Below are positions 10,158-18,738 of a DNA stretch of 28,917 nucleotides, piece after piece. The stretch comes from a virus (lineage: Duplodnaviria; Caudoviricetes): positions 1 to 28,917 of the IMG/VR virus record IMGVR_UViG_3300030329_004704; one strand, 5' to 3'. Made by a program: the position numbers and the translations under genes. The notes under the pieces are model-generated. The model ran no database searches and was not told the origin of the DNA. It saw nothing but the letters and a program-made list of their open reading frames with translations. The first letter of the stretch is position 1; each line of letters begins with the position of its first letter.

Positions 10158-13070
10158 TTAAATTCTCTGGTTTCTCCTGTGTAGGAATCCTTCCCATTCT
10201 GCGCTTTGAAATGCACATGGAAGGTATTCATTATTTTCCAAGATAATATTGCAGTTACTTGAATTGGTCATGACAGAACTTTTGAAGGTTCCTGAGAGTA
10301 ACTTGTATTCTCCAAATGAGGATGTATTGGTTATCATTCCACTGAAGTTCTTGGAGTAATTTGTACGAGGGGTAACTTCGGTAGTACCTCCAGATCCATC
10401 GGGAATCTTGATAGTTCCTGGAGTTACATTAACTTTGACGTTGAAGAATCCTGTCTTATTGTAGAGTAAGTTAATGTTCCTAATCTGCAATTTTGCAGTT
10501 TGTACAGGAAGTTCATTTTCCTTATGAATAAATCTAGAGAATTCATACTCAAAGGTATATGGTATTCCTGCGTACACAGCTATATTAGAAGTAGGAGTGT
10601 TTGTACTATCTGCTAAGTATTCATCTACTTGAGCTATCGTTGTAAGCTTTCTTGCATTGTCTGTAACAAATACTATATTACTTGGGAGAAATACTAATGT
10701 AGTATTTGAATTAGTTGCAGTTGCATTTGCAGAAAGTTCAAATGTGGTTGTATTTGTCACGGATAAAACAGTAGCTTCTGCAGGGATTCCTGTTCCTACT
10801 ACTCTCATTCCTGCTGAAATTCCTGCAGTACTGTCCATAGTGACTGTTGCATCATTATTTGTAGTGTCACATGTTGCATCCCTGTAGTAAGACATGTTTG
10901 CAGCTACAGTTTGATTATAAGTAAGTTTTACTCTTCGATCTAAAAGTACTGAAGTCTTATCTTCCATAACTGCTTCTGCAGAATCCAAACTGAGATTTAT
11001 ATCTTCCAGATAAATACCGTCATCTCTTTTTACAAGTAGCTTCAGAGTTGATCCTAAGAATGCACAGTTAAGAATGTCTCCATCAAATGTCCAGTGACTC
11101 CAAGAGTTTTGAAGTTTTTCCTGACCTTGCCAAAAGTTCTTGTATATATAAACTCGTTTTAAATCATCATCACTTAATACTGCTAACATCTGGTCAGTAG
11201 AACTCACAACCATTCTTGTGATATCTCCTTTTATATACTGAGGTACATGTGCAGTAATATCTGTGGCATCATTAGAATCTGCAGATCCTATGTCAACAAA
11301 GTATTCTCTTACTCCTGAATACTCTCCACGTTGAAATGGAAAATAAACAAACTTACCAGAAGATATAGGAGGAGTTTTGGCTGTAGATTCAAATTGTGTT
11401 ACAACGTCTACAGACACATTAGAAGGAGTAAATGCACCTTCACTACTATTTAAACTGAATTGCTGAAAATCTGAGAATAGTAATAAGCTTTGGTCAAATG
11501 CTGCAGCGTGTTTAAGAATAGAAACTTCATTATTTGATACTGAAATGTCAATTGGATTACTATCCAAATGAGTCATTACAGAAATTGGAAAAAAATTGTA
11601 GAAGTTTCCTGCAACGGAAAATATAATATTTTCGTCACTAAGGATTCCAAAACGATTTTTATGAAAGGTAACATCATTTATCTTTCCTCCTGTGAATGAT
11701 GGAAAAGGGTTACTGTCATCATCTCCTGCTTTCCTTGAAGACCATCCGTACCTAACTGGTGCTCCACTAGAAGCCGCAGCTTCTTTTACTGATTCATAAA
11801 GAAAATATTTATTTGCAGGACTTTGTTCATCATATAACCTCACCAAACGATGGGGCATAGTTGTAATATTAAATCCTGTATCTAATGAAGGTCCGATGGT
11901 TTCTTTCCAAGTCTCATCGTCTTTAACATACTTTACATAGAAGTCATCCTGAGTTGCATCACTGCTACCTACAATTTTTACAATGTAATTATTTGGTGCT
12001 CCAGTTCCAGGAAGATTAGTAAATGAAGTGGTACTAGTTGTAATACCTACTAAATCTTTTCCTCCATGAGAATCAGAAGTTGCAATGTTGAAAGGTTCTG
12101 TACTTTTAATTACAATAACACTTGAACTATCTGCTAACTCAAATGTAAAAGGAATATTAGATACTCCTGCAATTGCATCTAAACCATCATAGTATTCACT
12201 CTTTCCAGTTGTTCCGTTTTCATCTCTTCCAGTTGTAGGCCGCCAACCTCCAAAACCTTCCGCAGGATCAGTAGAATCAAAATCATCCCATTTTCCCTCT
12301 CCAGTAGTTAATCCGTCATCTCCTTGTTTTATAATCTGAGCAATATTAGTAGTTCCTGTATGTTTCTGGTTAAGTGAAACATTGGATGCAGGAGTTTGAA
12401 ATCCTACTTTAAAGTTACTCCCATTATGTGTTCCATCAGTAGGAGTTAGAGTAACAACATATTTACTTGAGTAATCCCCAACTTTTACATATATCAATCC
12501 TTCATAATCTATACTTCCTGTTATATTATCTGATCCTGCACTTGAGGTATGTTGGGTTGACCCTGTTGTTCCTTCTCCTGAAACATGTCCATTTGCAGTT
12601 GCTTTGGCTACTGTAGTAGTTTTGTTAATCAGGAAGGTTGTATCTGCAACAGTGGTTGCTTTGATATTATCTTTAACTCCTCCTGTAGCTGTAACTTCAA
12701 GGTATGCCAAATCTGAATTTGTAATGTCATTAGAACTTGTTGAAGCATTTGAAGTAGGTGCAGATTTTACAGGAATAGAAGTTCCACTTTGGTCATATAT
12801 CTTGAGTGTCTTAGTACCATTAGATGCTCGACTGAGAACCATTGTATACTCTTCATTTCTATCTCTTCGTATACTATGGATAAACGAATCTGTTTCTGCG
12901 GTACTAGATAGTTTTGCTTTATGCTCAGTTCCAGGTCTTTTTTCTAATCCTCTAGCAACAGTACTCAGCCCATTGATTTGTCTCTCTCCTTGAGTAGGCA
13001 ATCGTATTTCGGCTGGTTGCTGAGAAATACCATTTATTAGATTTGGTATTGAACTGGAAACTAAAGCCAT
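10158..13070 (-). CDS. Tail tubular protein B (nozzle), T7 gp12-like
   Basis: N-terminus SIPNLINGISQQP...GLEKRPGT. Internal motifs TMPHRLVR, WSSRKAGDDDSNPFPSF, FHKNRFGILSDENIIFS, DITAHVPQYI, QNSWSHW. C-terminus SAEWEG. Confidence 0.95.
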   Translation of the reverse strand: MALVSSSIPNLINGISQQPAEIRLPTQGERQINGLSTVARGLEKRPGTEHKAKLSSTAETDSFIHSIRRDRNEEYTMVLSRASNGTKTLKIYDQSGTSIPVKSAPTSNASTSSNDITNSDLAYLEVTATGGVKDNIKATTVADTTFLINKTTTVAKATANGHVSGEGTTGSTQHTSSAGSDNITGSIDYEGLIYVKVGDYSSKYVVTLTPTDGTHNGSNFKVGFQTPASNVSLNQKHTGTTNIAQIIKQGDDGLTTGEGKWDDFDSTDPAEGFGGWRPTTGRDENGTTGKSEYYDGLDAIAGVSNIPFTFELADSSSVIVIKSTEPFNIATSDSHGGKDLVGITTSTTSFTNLPGTGAPNNYIVKIVGSSDATQDDFYVKYVKDDETWKETIGPSLDTGFNITTMPHRLVRLYDEQSPANKYFLYESVKEAAASSGAPVRYGWSSRKAGDDDSNPFPSFTGGKINDVTFHKNRFGILSDENIIFSVAGNFYNFFPISVMTHLDSNPIDISVSNNEVSILKHAAAFDQSLLLFSDFQQFSLNSSEGAFTPSNVSVDVVTQFESTAKTPPISSGKFVYFPFQRGEYSGVREYFVDIGSADSNDATDITAHVPQYIKGDITRMVVSSTDQMLAVLSDDDLKRVYIYKNFWQGQEKLQNSWSHWTFDGDILNCAFLGSTLKLLVKRDDGIYLEDINLSLDSAEAVMEDKTSVLLDRRVKLTYNQTVAANMSYYRDATCDTTNNDATVTMDSTAGISAGMRVVGTGIPAEATVLSVTNTTTFELSANATATNSNTTLVFLPSNIVFVTDNARKLTTIAQVDEYLADSTNTPTSNIAVYAGIPYTFEYEFSRFIHKENELPVQTAKLQIRNINLLYNKTGFFNVKVNVTPGTIKIPDGSGGTTEVTPRTNYSKNFSGMITNTSSFGEYKLLSGTFKSSVMTNSSNCNIILENNEYLPCAFQSAEWEGFLHRRNQRI

Positions 13071-13072
13071 AA

Positions 13073-13705
13073 TTAACTATATAAACGTCTTTGTGTATCG
13101 AGTACATTAACAGGAGCACCTATGCCAATTCTATCTATTGCTGCATAAGTGTCATAATTATCAAATATATTAAAATCTGCAGTCTGAGAATCTGCATCTC
13201 TCAAGGCAAATAGTGCTGATTGTTCATCTTTGAATTGAAGCTGAGTCATTTCTCCAGAACCTAGAATGTTTTCCTGAAATTTTCTTCCTGCTCTGAGTGT
13301 AATGTATCTCCTTGCAACTTCTGGTATTTCATTAAAATCAAAAAGAAAAACAATATCTACTTCCACATCATCATCAAACTCAAAAGTATTCTTGGTACGG
13401 TCATACAATTTCCCATTTCGTTCTATTACATCTGTATTGTAATCACGTTTTATTTTTGTGGTATCTACCTGAAGAGTATGTGAGGGAAGGGTAATAATTT
13501 TTGAAGAATCAGGAGTTAGTTTGTATCGAATATCGGTATTGAAAGACCATCCCTGAGACTGAACTTCACGAGATATGTTATCTAGGAGTATGGCAGCAAC
13601 TTCAGCTTCTTGAAGTCCTGAGTTAAGAGTGTTTACAGGAGCTTCTCCTATTCCAATAAGCATGGAATTAATAGCATCTAGTTTAGTAGTTTTTGATACA
13701 GCCAT
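13073..13705 (-). CDS. Tail tubular protein A (gatekeeper), T7 gp11-like
   Basis: Motifs T.LDAINSML..IGEAPVNTL, SREVQSQGWSFNT and IPEVARRYITLRAGRKFQ. It follows the capsid gene. Confidence 0.95.
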   Translation of the reverse strand: MAVSKTTKLDAINSMLIGIGEAPVNTLNSGLQEAEVAAILLDNISREVQSQGWSFNTDIRYKLTPDSSKIITLPSHTLQVDTTKIKRDYNTDVIERNGKLYDRTKNTFEFDDDVEVDIVFLFDFNEIPEVARRYITLRAGRKFQENILGSGEMTQLQFKDEQSALFALRDADSQTADFNIFDNYDTYAAIDRIGIGAPVNVLDTQRRLYS

Positions 13706-13734
13706 ATATTTTTGAGGAAAATTGTAAAGAAGGG

Positions 13735-13771
13735 TGTAGAGGGGTATGGAGAACTAATTAACCCCTCTACA
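13735..13771 (-). terminator. Hairpin downstream of the major capsid gene (T-phi-like terminator candidate)
   Basis: Perfect 11-bp inverted repeat TGTAGAGGGGT/ACCCCTCTACA with a 15-nt loop, followed on the minus strand by pyrimidine-rich CCCTTCTTTACAATTTT. This is the position of T7 T-phi. Confidence 0.65.
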
Positions 13772-13817
13772 GAAAGTGAGGCATGGCAAGAGGATCAACC
13801 ACACCTCACGAAGGTTA

Positions 13818-15008
13818 TTATGAATTATGCGAAGCTTTTAACGCTACAGCCATTGCTGGACGTAGGACGTTATGACCCATCGCATATTTGGAAACAATTA
13901 GAGTTCCTTGACGATTGACCATATAATCTGTCTCAACCGAAAGGTCTAAGAGTTTTACTGTTGCTACTGCATCCCTATTCATAACCAAAGCACGAACTAA
14001 ATTAGCTTCGGTTTGAAGGTTTATTGCCGCACCATTAGTATCAGTACCTCCAACTGCGCCTGAAGTACTACCATTAGCAGCAGCAGCATCATAGTTAGCA
14101 GGAAGGTTGTATTGGGCTGCCCTGTTAGATTCGGCAGAACCTAATGGTGCTGTGCCTTGAGTGAGAGCAGGGTTTGCTGTAGTAAATAAACTTCCTGTCC
14201 ATGCGGTACCAGTGTCAGAACCCAAATGTGGAGTTCTTACAACAGGAATTCCTGCAATATTAGGCATGTTTGCACCCACTACAGAACCACTTCCACCTAT
14301 GTCTGTATTAAACATGTGTAAATTTGTGGTTGCTTCACTATTTGTAGCAGCTTTGAACAAGTGATAATAAAGATCTGTGGCTACTATACAGACTAAATCA
14401 TCAGTTGGTGCTCCTGCACTTTCAAGAATACGTTTTGCTTCCAGAACACCTTCAAAGAATTTTGATGAATGTTTGGAATTTGCGTAGCTTGATGAATAAG
14501 TCACATTAGCTGTAAAATCTTCTTCATCCCATGCGACATAATCTTGAATTAGTTTACTTGCACGTTCCTTATTAGTTGCTAAAGCAGCTTTTACAGCCAT
14601 TCTGAGAATGTTCTGATCAGCTTCTTTTGCTAAACCATAAGCAGCTTCTTGTGTGTAGACAGAACGTATATCATAATGAGCCATTGCTTCATCAATATTT
14701 GGAATGAATTGATGAACAATCAGGAGATCGTCAATCGTGACTAATCTCTCTGTATGCTTGGCTGCCGTATCTGGAATGATTTCATTTCCAGGAGTATGAT
14801 ATCCTGCAGTCCTGTGCTTTCCTGTCATGATGAATTGAGCCGATTTACCTTTCTTGATATTTCGGACTCTGACATAATCCATCATTATATTCTTGGTCTG
14901 AAATGCTGTCATGACCTCCCCAGCATATAACTTTAGAAATAACGCTCTAGAGTTATTAGCCGCATTGACCATACCAGATCGTTGACCAGTATAATTAGTT
15001 GCTGACAT
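13818..15008 (-). CDS. Major capsid protein, T7 gp10-like
   Basis: Motifs RALFLKLYAGEVMTAF, R.IKKGKSAQF...G, ERLVTIDDLL, HYDIRSVYT...YGLA and IVSKYAMGHNVLRP. It ends in a double TAA stop. Confidence 0.97.
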   Translation of the reverse strand: MSATNYTGQRSGMVNAANNSRALFLKLYAGEVMTAFQTKNIMMDYVRVRNIKKGKSAQFIMTGKHRTAGYHTPGNEIIPDTAAKHTERLVTIDDLLIVHQFIPNIDEAMAHYDIRSVYTQEAAYGLAKEADQNILRMAVKAALATNKERASKLIQDYVAWDEEDFTANVTYSSSYANSKHSSKFFEGVLEAKRILESAGAPTDDLVCIVATDLYYHLFKAATNSEATTNLHMFNTDIGGSGSVVGANMPNIAGIPVVRTPHLGSDTGTAWTGSLFTTANPALTQGTAPLGSAESNRAAQYNLPANYDAAAANGSTSGAVGGTDTNGAAINLQTEANLVRALVMNRDAVATVKLLDLSVETDYMVNRQGTLIVSKYAMGHNVLRPAMAVALKASHNS

Positions 15009-15160
15009 AAATTACTTTAATTAAGGTTAAGTTTAGCTAGTTTTAACTAGCATGAGTTAGTGTAACGAGTTTCCTCATATAACTACATCTACCTCAATTA
15101 AAGTTATCCACCTCAGTGGGCAATAATTGTTTTCGTATGTGTTCCTATTGAGTAACTGTA
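15009..15160 (-). promoter_or_regulatory. Structured non-coding leader upstream of the capsid gene
   Basis: 152-nt intergenic region with three minus-strand hairpins: CAAUUA..CCAC-UGAG-GUGG..UAAUUG (15095-15129), AUGAG-GAAA-CUCGU (15065-15078) and GCUAGUU/AACUAGC (15036-15051). Confidence 0.5.
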
Positions 15161-15967
15161 TTACATCAGGTTGGAAGCTTCTAGTCTCCTAGTTACTTCT
15201 TCCCTAAAATCAGGATCAGTTTGGTATTTAGGATCTCGCATAGCTTCAGACATTTGCGCTAATGACTGAAATGCATCTGTTCCTGCTTTACCAGTTGATC
15301 CCTGTAAAAGATTTGGCGCAATTCCATTCGCCATTTGATATTGAGCATTTAAAGATTTGATAGCAAATAAACTATCATCTGGATTTTCACTTTCCAGTGC
15401 TCTATTAAATGCATCTACTTCATTTTGTGGAAGGGAGTTTCCTGCCCATTCAATTAAGGTCTTATATTGTTCTTCTCCTCCTACAGAATTATAAGCAACT
15501 TCTACAATCTTCTCAGAAATAGCTTGTTGTCCTTGAATCCATGAATTCACCATTTCTGTACTCATCCCCTTTGCTCCTAATTCTTTATAGGATTCTTCAG
15601 AAAGGGTATTATTTTCTAAGTATTCATTGTAATACTTACTGTAATCCAGACCCTGTGCTTCTAGTGTTTTTTTGGCTTCTTCTGCACTAGGTTGGAGAGT
15701 AGGAGTCTGCGGAGGTGGTGTACCCTCATCGTTTTCCGACACAGACTCCGAAGTGGATGCAGATAACTTCTGTTCCAATTCACGATAAGCTTGTGCCATA
15801 TCTTCTGGTGTTGCAAATTTATCTGGTAACCATGAAGGATTTCCATCTTCTCGTTCTACTGCATTGGCTTCTTCTGCCAATTGAACCATTGCTTGTTCAT
15901 GCTCCTTAGTACCTTCTGGAGGTGGTGGAGCATCTTCATGAGTGCTTATTTGCTGAAATTCTGCCAT
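15161..15967 (-). CDS. Capsid assembly scaffolding protein, T7 gp9-like
   Basis: Motifs PSWLPDKF.TPEDMAQAYRELEQKL, VGGEEQYK.LIEWA and C-terminal AMRDPKYQTDPDFREEV. GAGGAG SD is present. It lies between portal and capsid. Confidence 0.93.
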   Translation of the reverse strand: MAEFQQISTHEDAPPPPEGTKEHEQAMVQLAEEANAVEREDGNPSWLPDKFATPEDMAQAYRELEQKLSASTSESVSENDEGTPPPQTPTLQPSAEEAKKTLEAQGLDYSKYYNEYLENNTLSEESYKELGAKGMSTEMVNSWIQGQQAISEKIVEVAYNSVGGEEQYKTLIEWAGNSLPQNEVDAFNRALESENPDDSLFAIKSLNAQYQMANGIAPNLLQGSTGKAGTDAFQSLAQMSEAMRDPKYQTDPDFREEVTRRLEASNLM

Positions 15968-15988
15968 TGAGTCTCCTCTTTAAAAGGG

Positions 15989-17602
15989 TTAATTAGTCAT
16001 TTCTGGTGGAGGTGCTTCTGCCATAGCTTCTTGGTTCATTCCCTTCACCATTTCTGGAGTAGCTTTTTCTGCCATTTTAGACATCATTTGTTGCTGTGCC
16101 ATTTGCGCTTGTTGAGCTTGTGCTAATTCCATTTCGGCTTGTTTCTGTTCCTCACTCTTTATCAATCCTTCTGTATCAATTCCTAAAGATCCTGCAAGTC
16201 TATCTATATAATCTGGAACATTAATTTCCTGTAGAACTTGTGGTCCAAGTGGGGCAAGTTGTTGTAAGAACAAACCTAATTTGTTTAAATCTTCTCCTCT
16301 TCCAAGAGCTTCTACTCCTGTTACGATAAGAGGTTTTAATCCTTCATCTGGTAAAGCTGGTATTTTATTTTCCTTCCCCATTTTATTCATTAACAACTCT
16401 ACCAAAGGTAATTGAAATTCCTGTGAAAGAACTGCGTAAACTCCTCCTAATGCTATTTCTAATTCCTGATGTGCTATCCTTATTTCTTCTGCAGTAACAC
16501 GTTCTGCATCCCTTCGGATGGAAGAGTTCATTAAGAACACTCTGGAAAGTCTTGTCTGTAACATCTGTATCGTTTGCTGTGCTACATTAAAATCCTGAGA
16601 CTTACCAAGTTGTAGAGAAGATACATCGTTATCATCTCCTGTGACTATTGCACCATTCGGAGACTCTGCAAGTGTCTTAACTCTAGTAGTTCCATTGGGT
16701 CTTACAAGAAATAAAACCTTTGCTGCTGCGGCAGAACCTTCAACAATGGATTGCGTAAGGGATTCAAGAGATTTTAAATCTCCTAAATACTCTTCAACAT
16801 ATCCTCTTCCATAGTCTTCTCCATCCATTGAAGTAAATCTTAATGCAATAAAAGGATTCCTTTTCTTTGGATATGTTCCTTCAGAACCTGGAACTACTGA
16901 CCCATTAAGTTCCTGATGAACTTTCCAATTTTTTCCTGTCCATTTAACACATGTATACAAATCCAAATCCTTCATAGGAGTATCCGCTTCAGGATCTGCT
17001 ATCAATTCTTTTGCACTTTCAGGAAGAGAAAGCGGAGACAAGGATTCTTTTGTGATTATCTTCAGAACATTCCCCATTGAATCTCGTTTAACCACATAAC
17101 GATCTAAACGGAATACTCTGATCTGTTCCTTTGGAGGTAAATAAAGAAGTACATTTCCTGTCACAATTAATAACTTTAATGCTTCGGCAATAGGAACCCT
17201 AAGTCCTCTAACTTCTATTTCTTGCATTACCAATCGTTCAATCTTTGCAAGTCCCTCTTCTGCTTCAGATCTCTTCTCTGCTAACATTGCTTCTAATTCA
17301 GCATTATCTACAACTAATCGGAAGAATGGAGCATTGGGAGGAAGTAGAGACATTAGAAGTTTGGAACTTAAATTATTAACTCCTTCTGCCCCTATGGATT
17401 GAAAAGGTGTGGTAATCTCTGAAGTACTTGAAAAACTCTCTTCAGGTAACAGACTTGGAATAGTAAATAAGGAAGCTTCTCTTCCTCTCCTTAGATACTG
17501 ATCTCTATCCTGCGCACATTTATCATATTCTGATTTGACTGCACCTTCTTCAGTGTAATCAGCATCAGGATTAATTTCAGTTTTAGTTTTTTTATATTTC
17601 AT
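15989..17602 (-). CDS. Portal (head-tail connector) protein, T7 gp8-like
   Basis: Motifs TIPSL, PFQSIGAEGVNNLSSKLL..LLPPN.PFFRL, GEDYGRGYVEEYLGDL.SLE.L, RDAERVTAEEIR and LGGVY..LSQEFQLPL. Confidence 0.97.
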   Translation of the reverse strand: MKYKKTKTEINPDADYTEEGAVKSEYDKCAQDRDQYLRRGREASLFTIPSLLPEESFSSTSEITTPFQSIGAEGVNNLSSKLLMSLLPPNAPFFRLVVDNAELEAMLAEKRSEAEEGLAKIERLVMQEIEVRGLRVPIAEALKLLIVTGNVLLYLPPKEQIRVFRLDRYVVKRDSMGNVLKIITKESLSPLSLPESAKELIADPEADTPMKDLDLYTCVKWTGKNWKVHQELNGSVVPGSEGTYPKKRNPFIALRFTSMDGEDYGRGYVEEYLGDLKSLESLTQSIVEGSAAAAKVLFLVRPNGTTRVKTLAESPNGAIVTGDDNDVSSLQLGKSQDFNVAQQTIQMLQTRLSRVFLMNSSIRRDAERVTAEEIRIAHQELEIALGGVYAVLSQEFQLPLVELLMNKMGKENKIPALPDEGLKPLIVTGVEALGRGEDLNKLGLFLQQLAPLGPQVLQEINVPDYIDRLAGSLGIDTEGLIKSEEQKQAEMELAQAQQAQMAQQQMMSKMAEKATPEMVKGMNQEAMAEAPPPEMTN

Positions 17603-18253
17603 TTATGCCGTGTTACTTATTCTCAAAGTTTGTCTCGCTCTTTGTTTACCTTTGTTGACAGCAAGATCACTCTTGGATTTCTTTTTTACTCCTCCTTTAA
17701 GAGCACCTTTATTTACTGCTACAGTTTCTTCAGGTCTTGGTCCATGTACAAAATCAGTAAGTTCTTCCGCTTTTTCCATTGCATAATCTTGAATACCTTG
17801 AATATTAGTAATAGTAGCATCTGCCCACCTTCCTAATTCTTCTTGTACTGGAGCCATATTAGTCTGCATATTTTCTCTCCAATCGGAAAGAGTTGTAGCT
17901 GTTCCTTCTGTCATCGCAAGGCTATCTACTCCAGCAGCTAAATTATCTGTAGTCATTTCCACACCAGTTTGTACATTTTGCATTCCTACATCTACAACAT
18001 CACCAGCACCTCCTACAACTGTATCAGCAGTATCACTAAGTACGTCTGTAGTTGTACCTACTGGGTCTGTAACTACATCACTTGTGAAATCTGCACCTTT
18101 TTTAACAACTTGGTTTAGTGTTCCACCTCCTCCACCTCCTCCACCACCTACTCCGCAAAGAGTAAGTTCACCTTCGTATTCAAAAGAGTCTGAGGATTGT
18201 TCTACCAATTTACCATCTAACCACTCATAGATTATTTTTGTATATATTTTCAT
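17603..18253 (-). CDS. Putative virion protein at the T7 gp7.3 position, with N-terminal leader, Cys and poly-Gly tract
   Basis: 216 aa. MKIYTKIIYEW...FEYEGELTLC is followed by GV-G9, a D/T/V/G-rich middle and a basic tail ending RARQTLRISNTA. It lies immediately upstream of the portal. Confidence 0.6.
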   Translation of the reverse strand: MKIYTKIIYEWLDGKLVEQSSDSFEYEGELTLCGVGGGGGGGGGTLNQVVKKGADFTSDVVTDPVGTTTDVLSDTADTVVGGAGDVVDVGMQNVQTGVEMTTDNLAAGVDSLAMTEGTATTLSDWRENMQTNMAPVQEELGRWADATITNIQGIQDYAMEKAEELTDFVHGPRPEETVAVNKGALKGGVKKKSKSDLAVNKGKQRARQTLRISNTA

Positions 18254-18723
18254 AATGGAACGTAGTATTGGTAGCGGATTATAATTTCTTTATTTACTAA
18301 TTTTGTTAATTTCTTTGCTACCTTAATGAAATAATCGAGATCAGTAAATGCAGTAATTCCTTTGCAATCGTTTTGTAATGCAAAAGTGGATATAATGGGA
18401 TAACCATCTACCCATCGTTGGATTATAGTTTCTTTATCTACATCTTTAGTACGAGTTAAAGAAAATAATAATAAAGTTTTTGTTTCTGTAAACTCACAAA
18501 CTTGTATGTGTGTTAATAATAAATAATCATCATCATCAATCCATAAATGCATTTGATGATTGAAAGGATTCATTAATCTAGAATAAATTCCTTTTAATGT
18601 TTCTTCTGTCTTACCTTCAACAAAAGCTAAAGCTCCATCTGTGGAAACCATCGCATCTCTAACTTGTTCCTTGTAGGTTTTCCAGTTCTCTTTTATTTTT
18701 CTTTGACTTACAAGTTTTAACAT
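18250..18723 (-). CDS. Hypothetical protein, putative GNAT-like fold
   Basis: 157 aa with a GAGGA SD. The pattern W..YK..V..A...L.....HLW.....LLT.I......KTL.L..L......W......I..FA....C..I...T resembles a phage family of acyltransferase-like proteins. The fold is inferred. Confidence 0.5.
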   Translation of the reverse strand: MLKLVSQRKIKENWKTYKEQVRDAMVSTDGALAFVEGKTEETLKGIYSRLMNPFNHQMHLWIDDDDYLLLTHIQVCEFTETKTLLLFSLTRTKDVDKETIIQRWVDGYPIISTFALQNDCKGITAFTDLDYFIKVAKKLTKLVNKEIIIRYQYYVPL

Positions 18724-18738
18724 ATCCTCTTTATCAAT

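Noticed and set aside
13750-13850. gp10B-like programmed frameshift at the capsid C-terminus (GCG TTA AAA GCT)
   Set aside because: It is not a canonical slippery heptamer. The -1 frame stops within four codons, and the +1 frame gives only a short peptide running through the hairpins.
18122-18148. GGT/GGA trinucleotide run as a contingency or phase-variable repeat
   Set aside because: The codons are mixed and the unit is 3 nt, so it is explained by the poly-Gly coding requirement.
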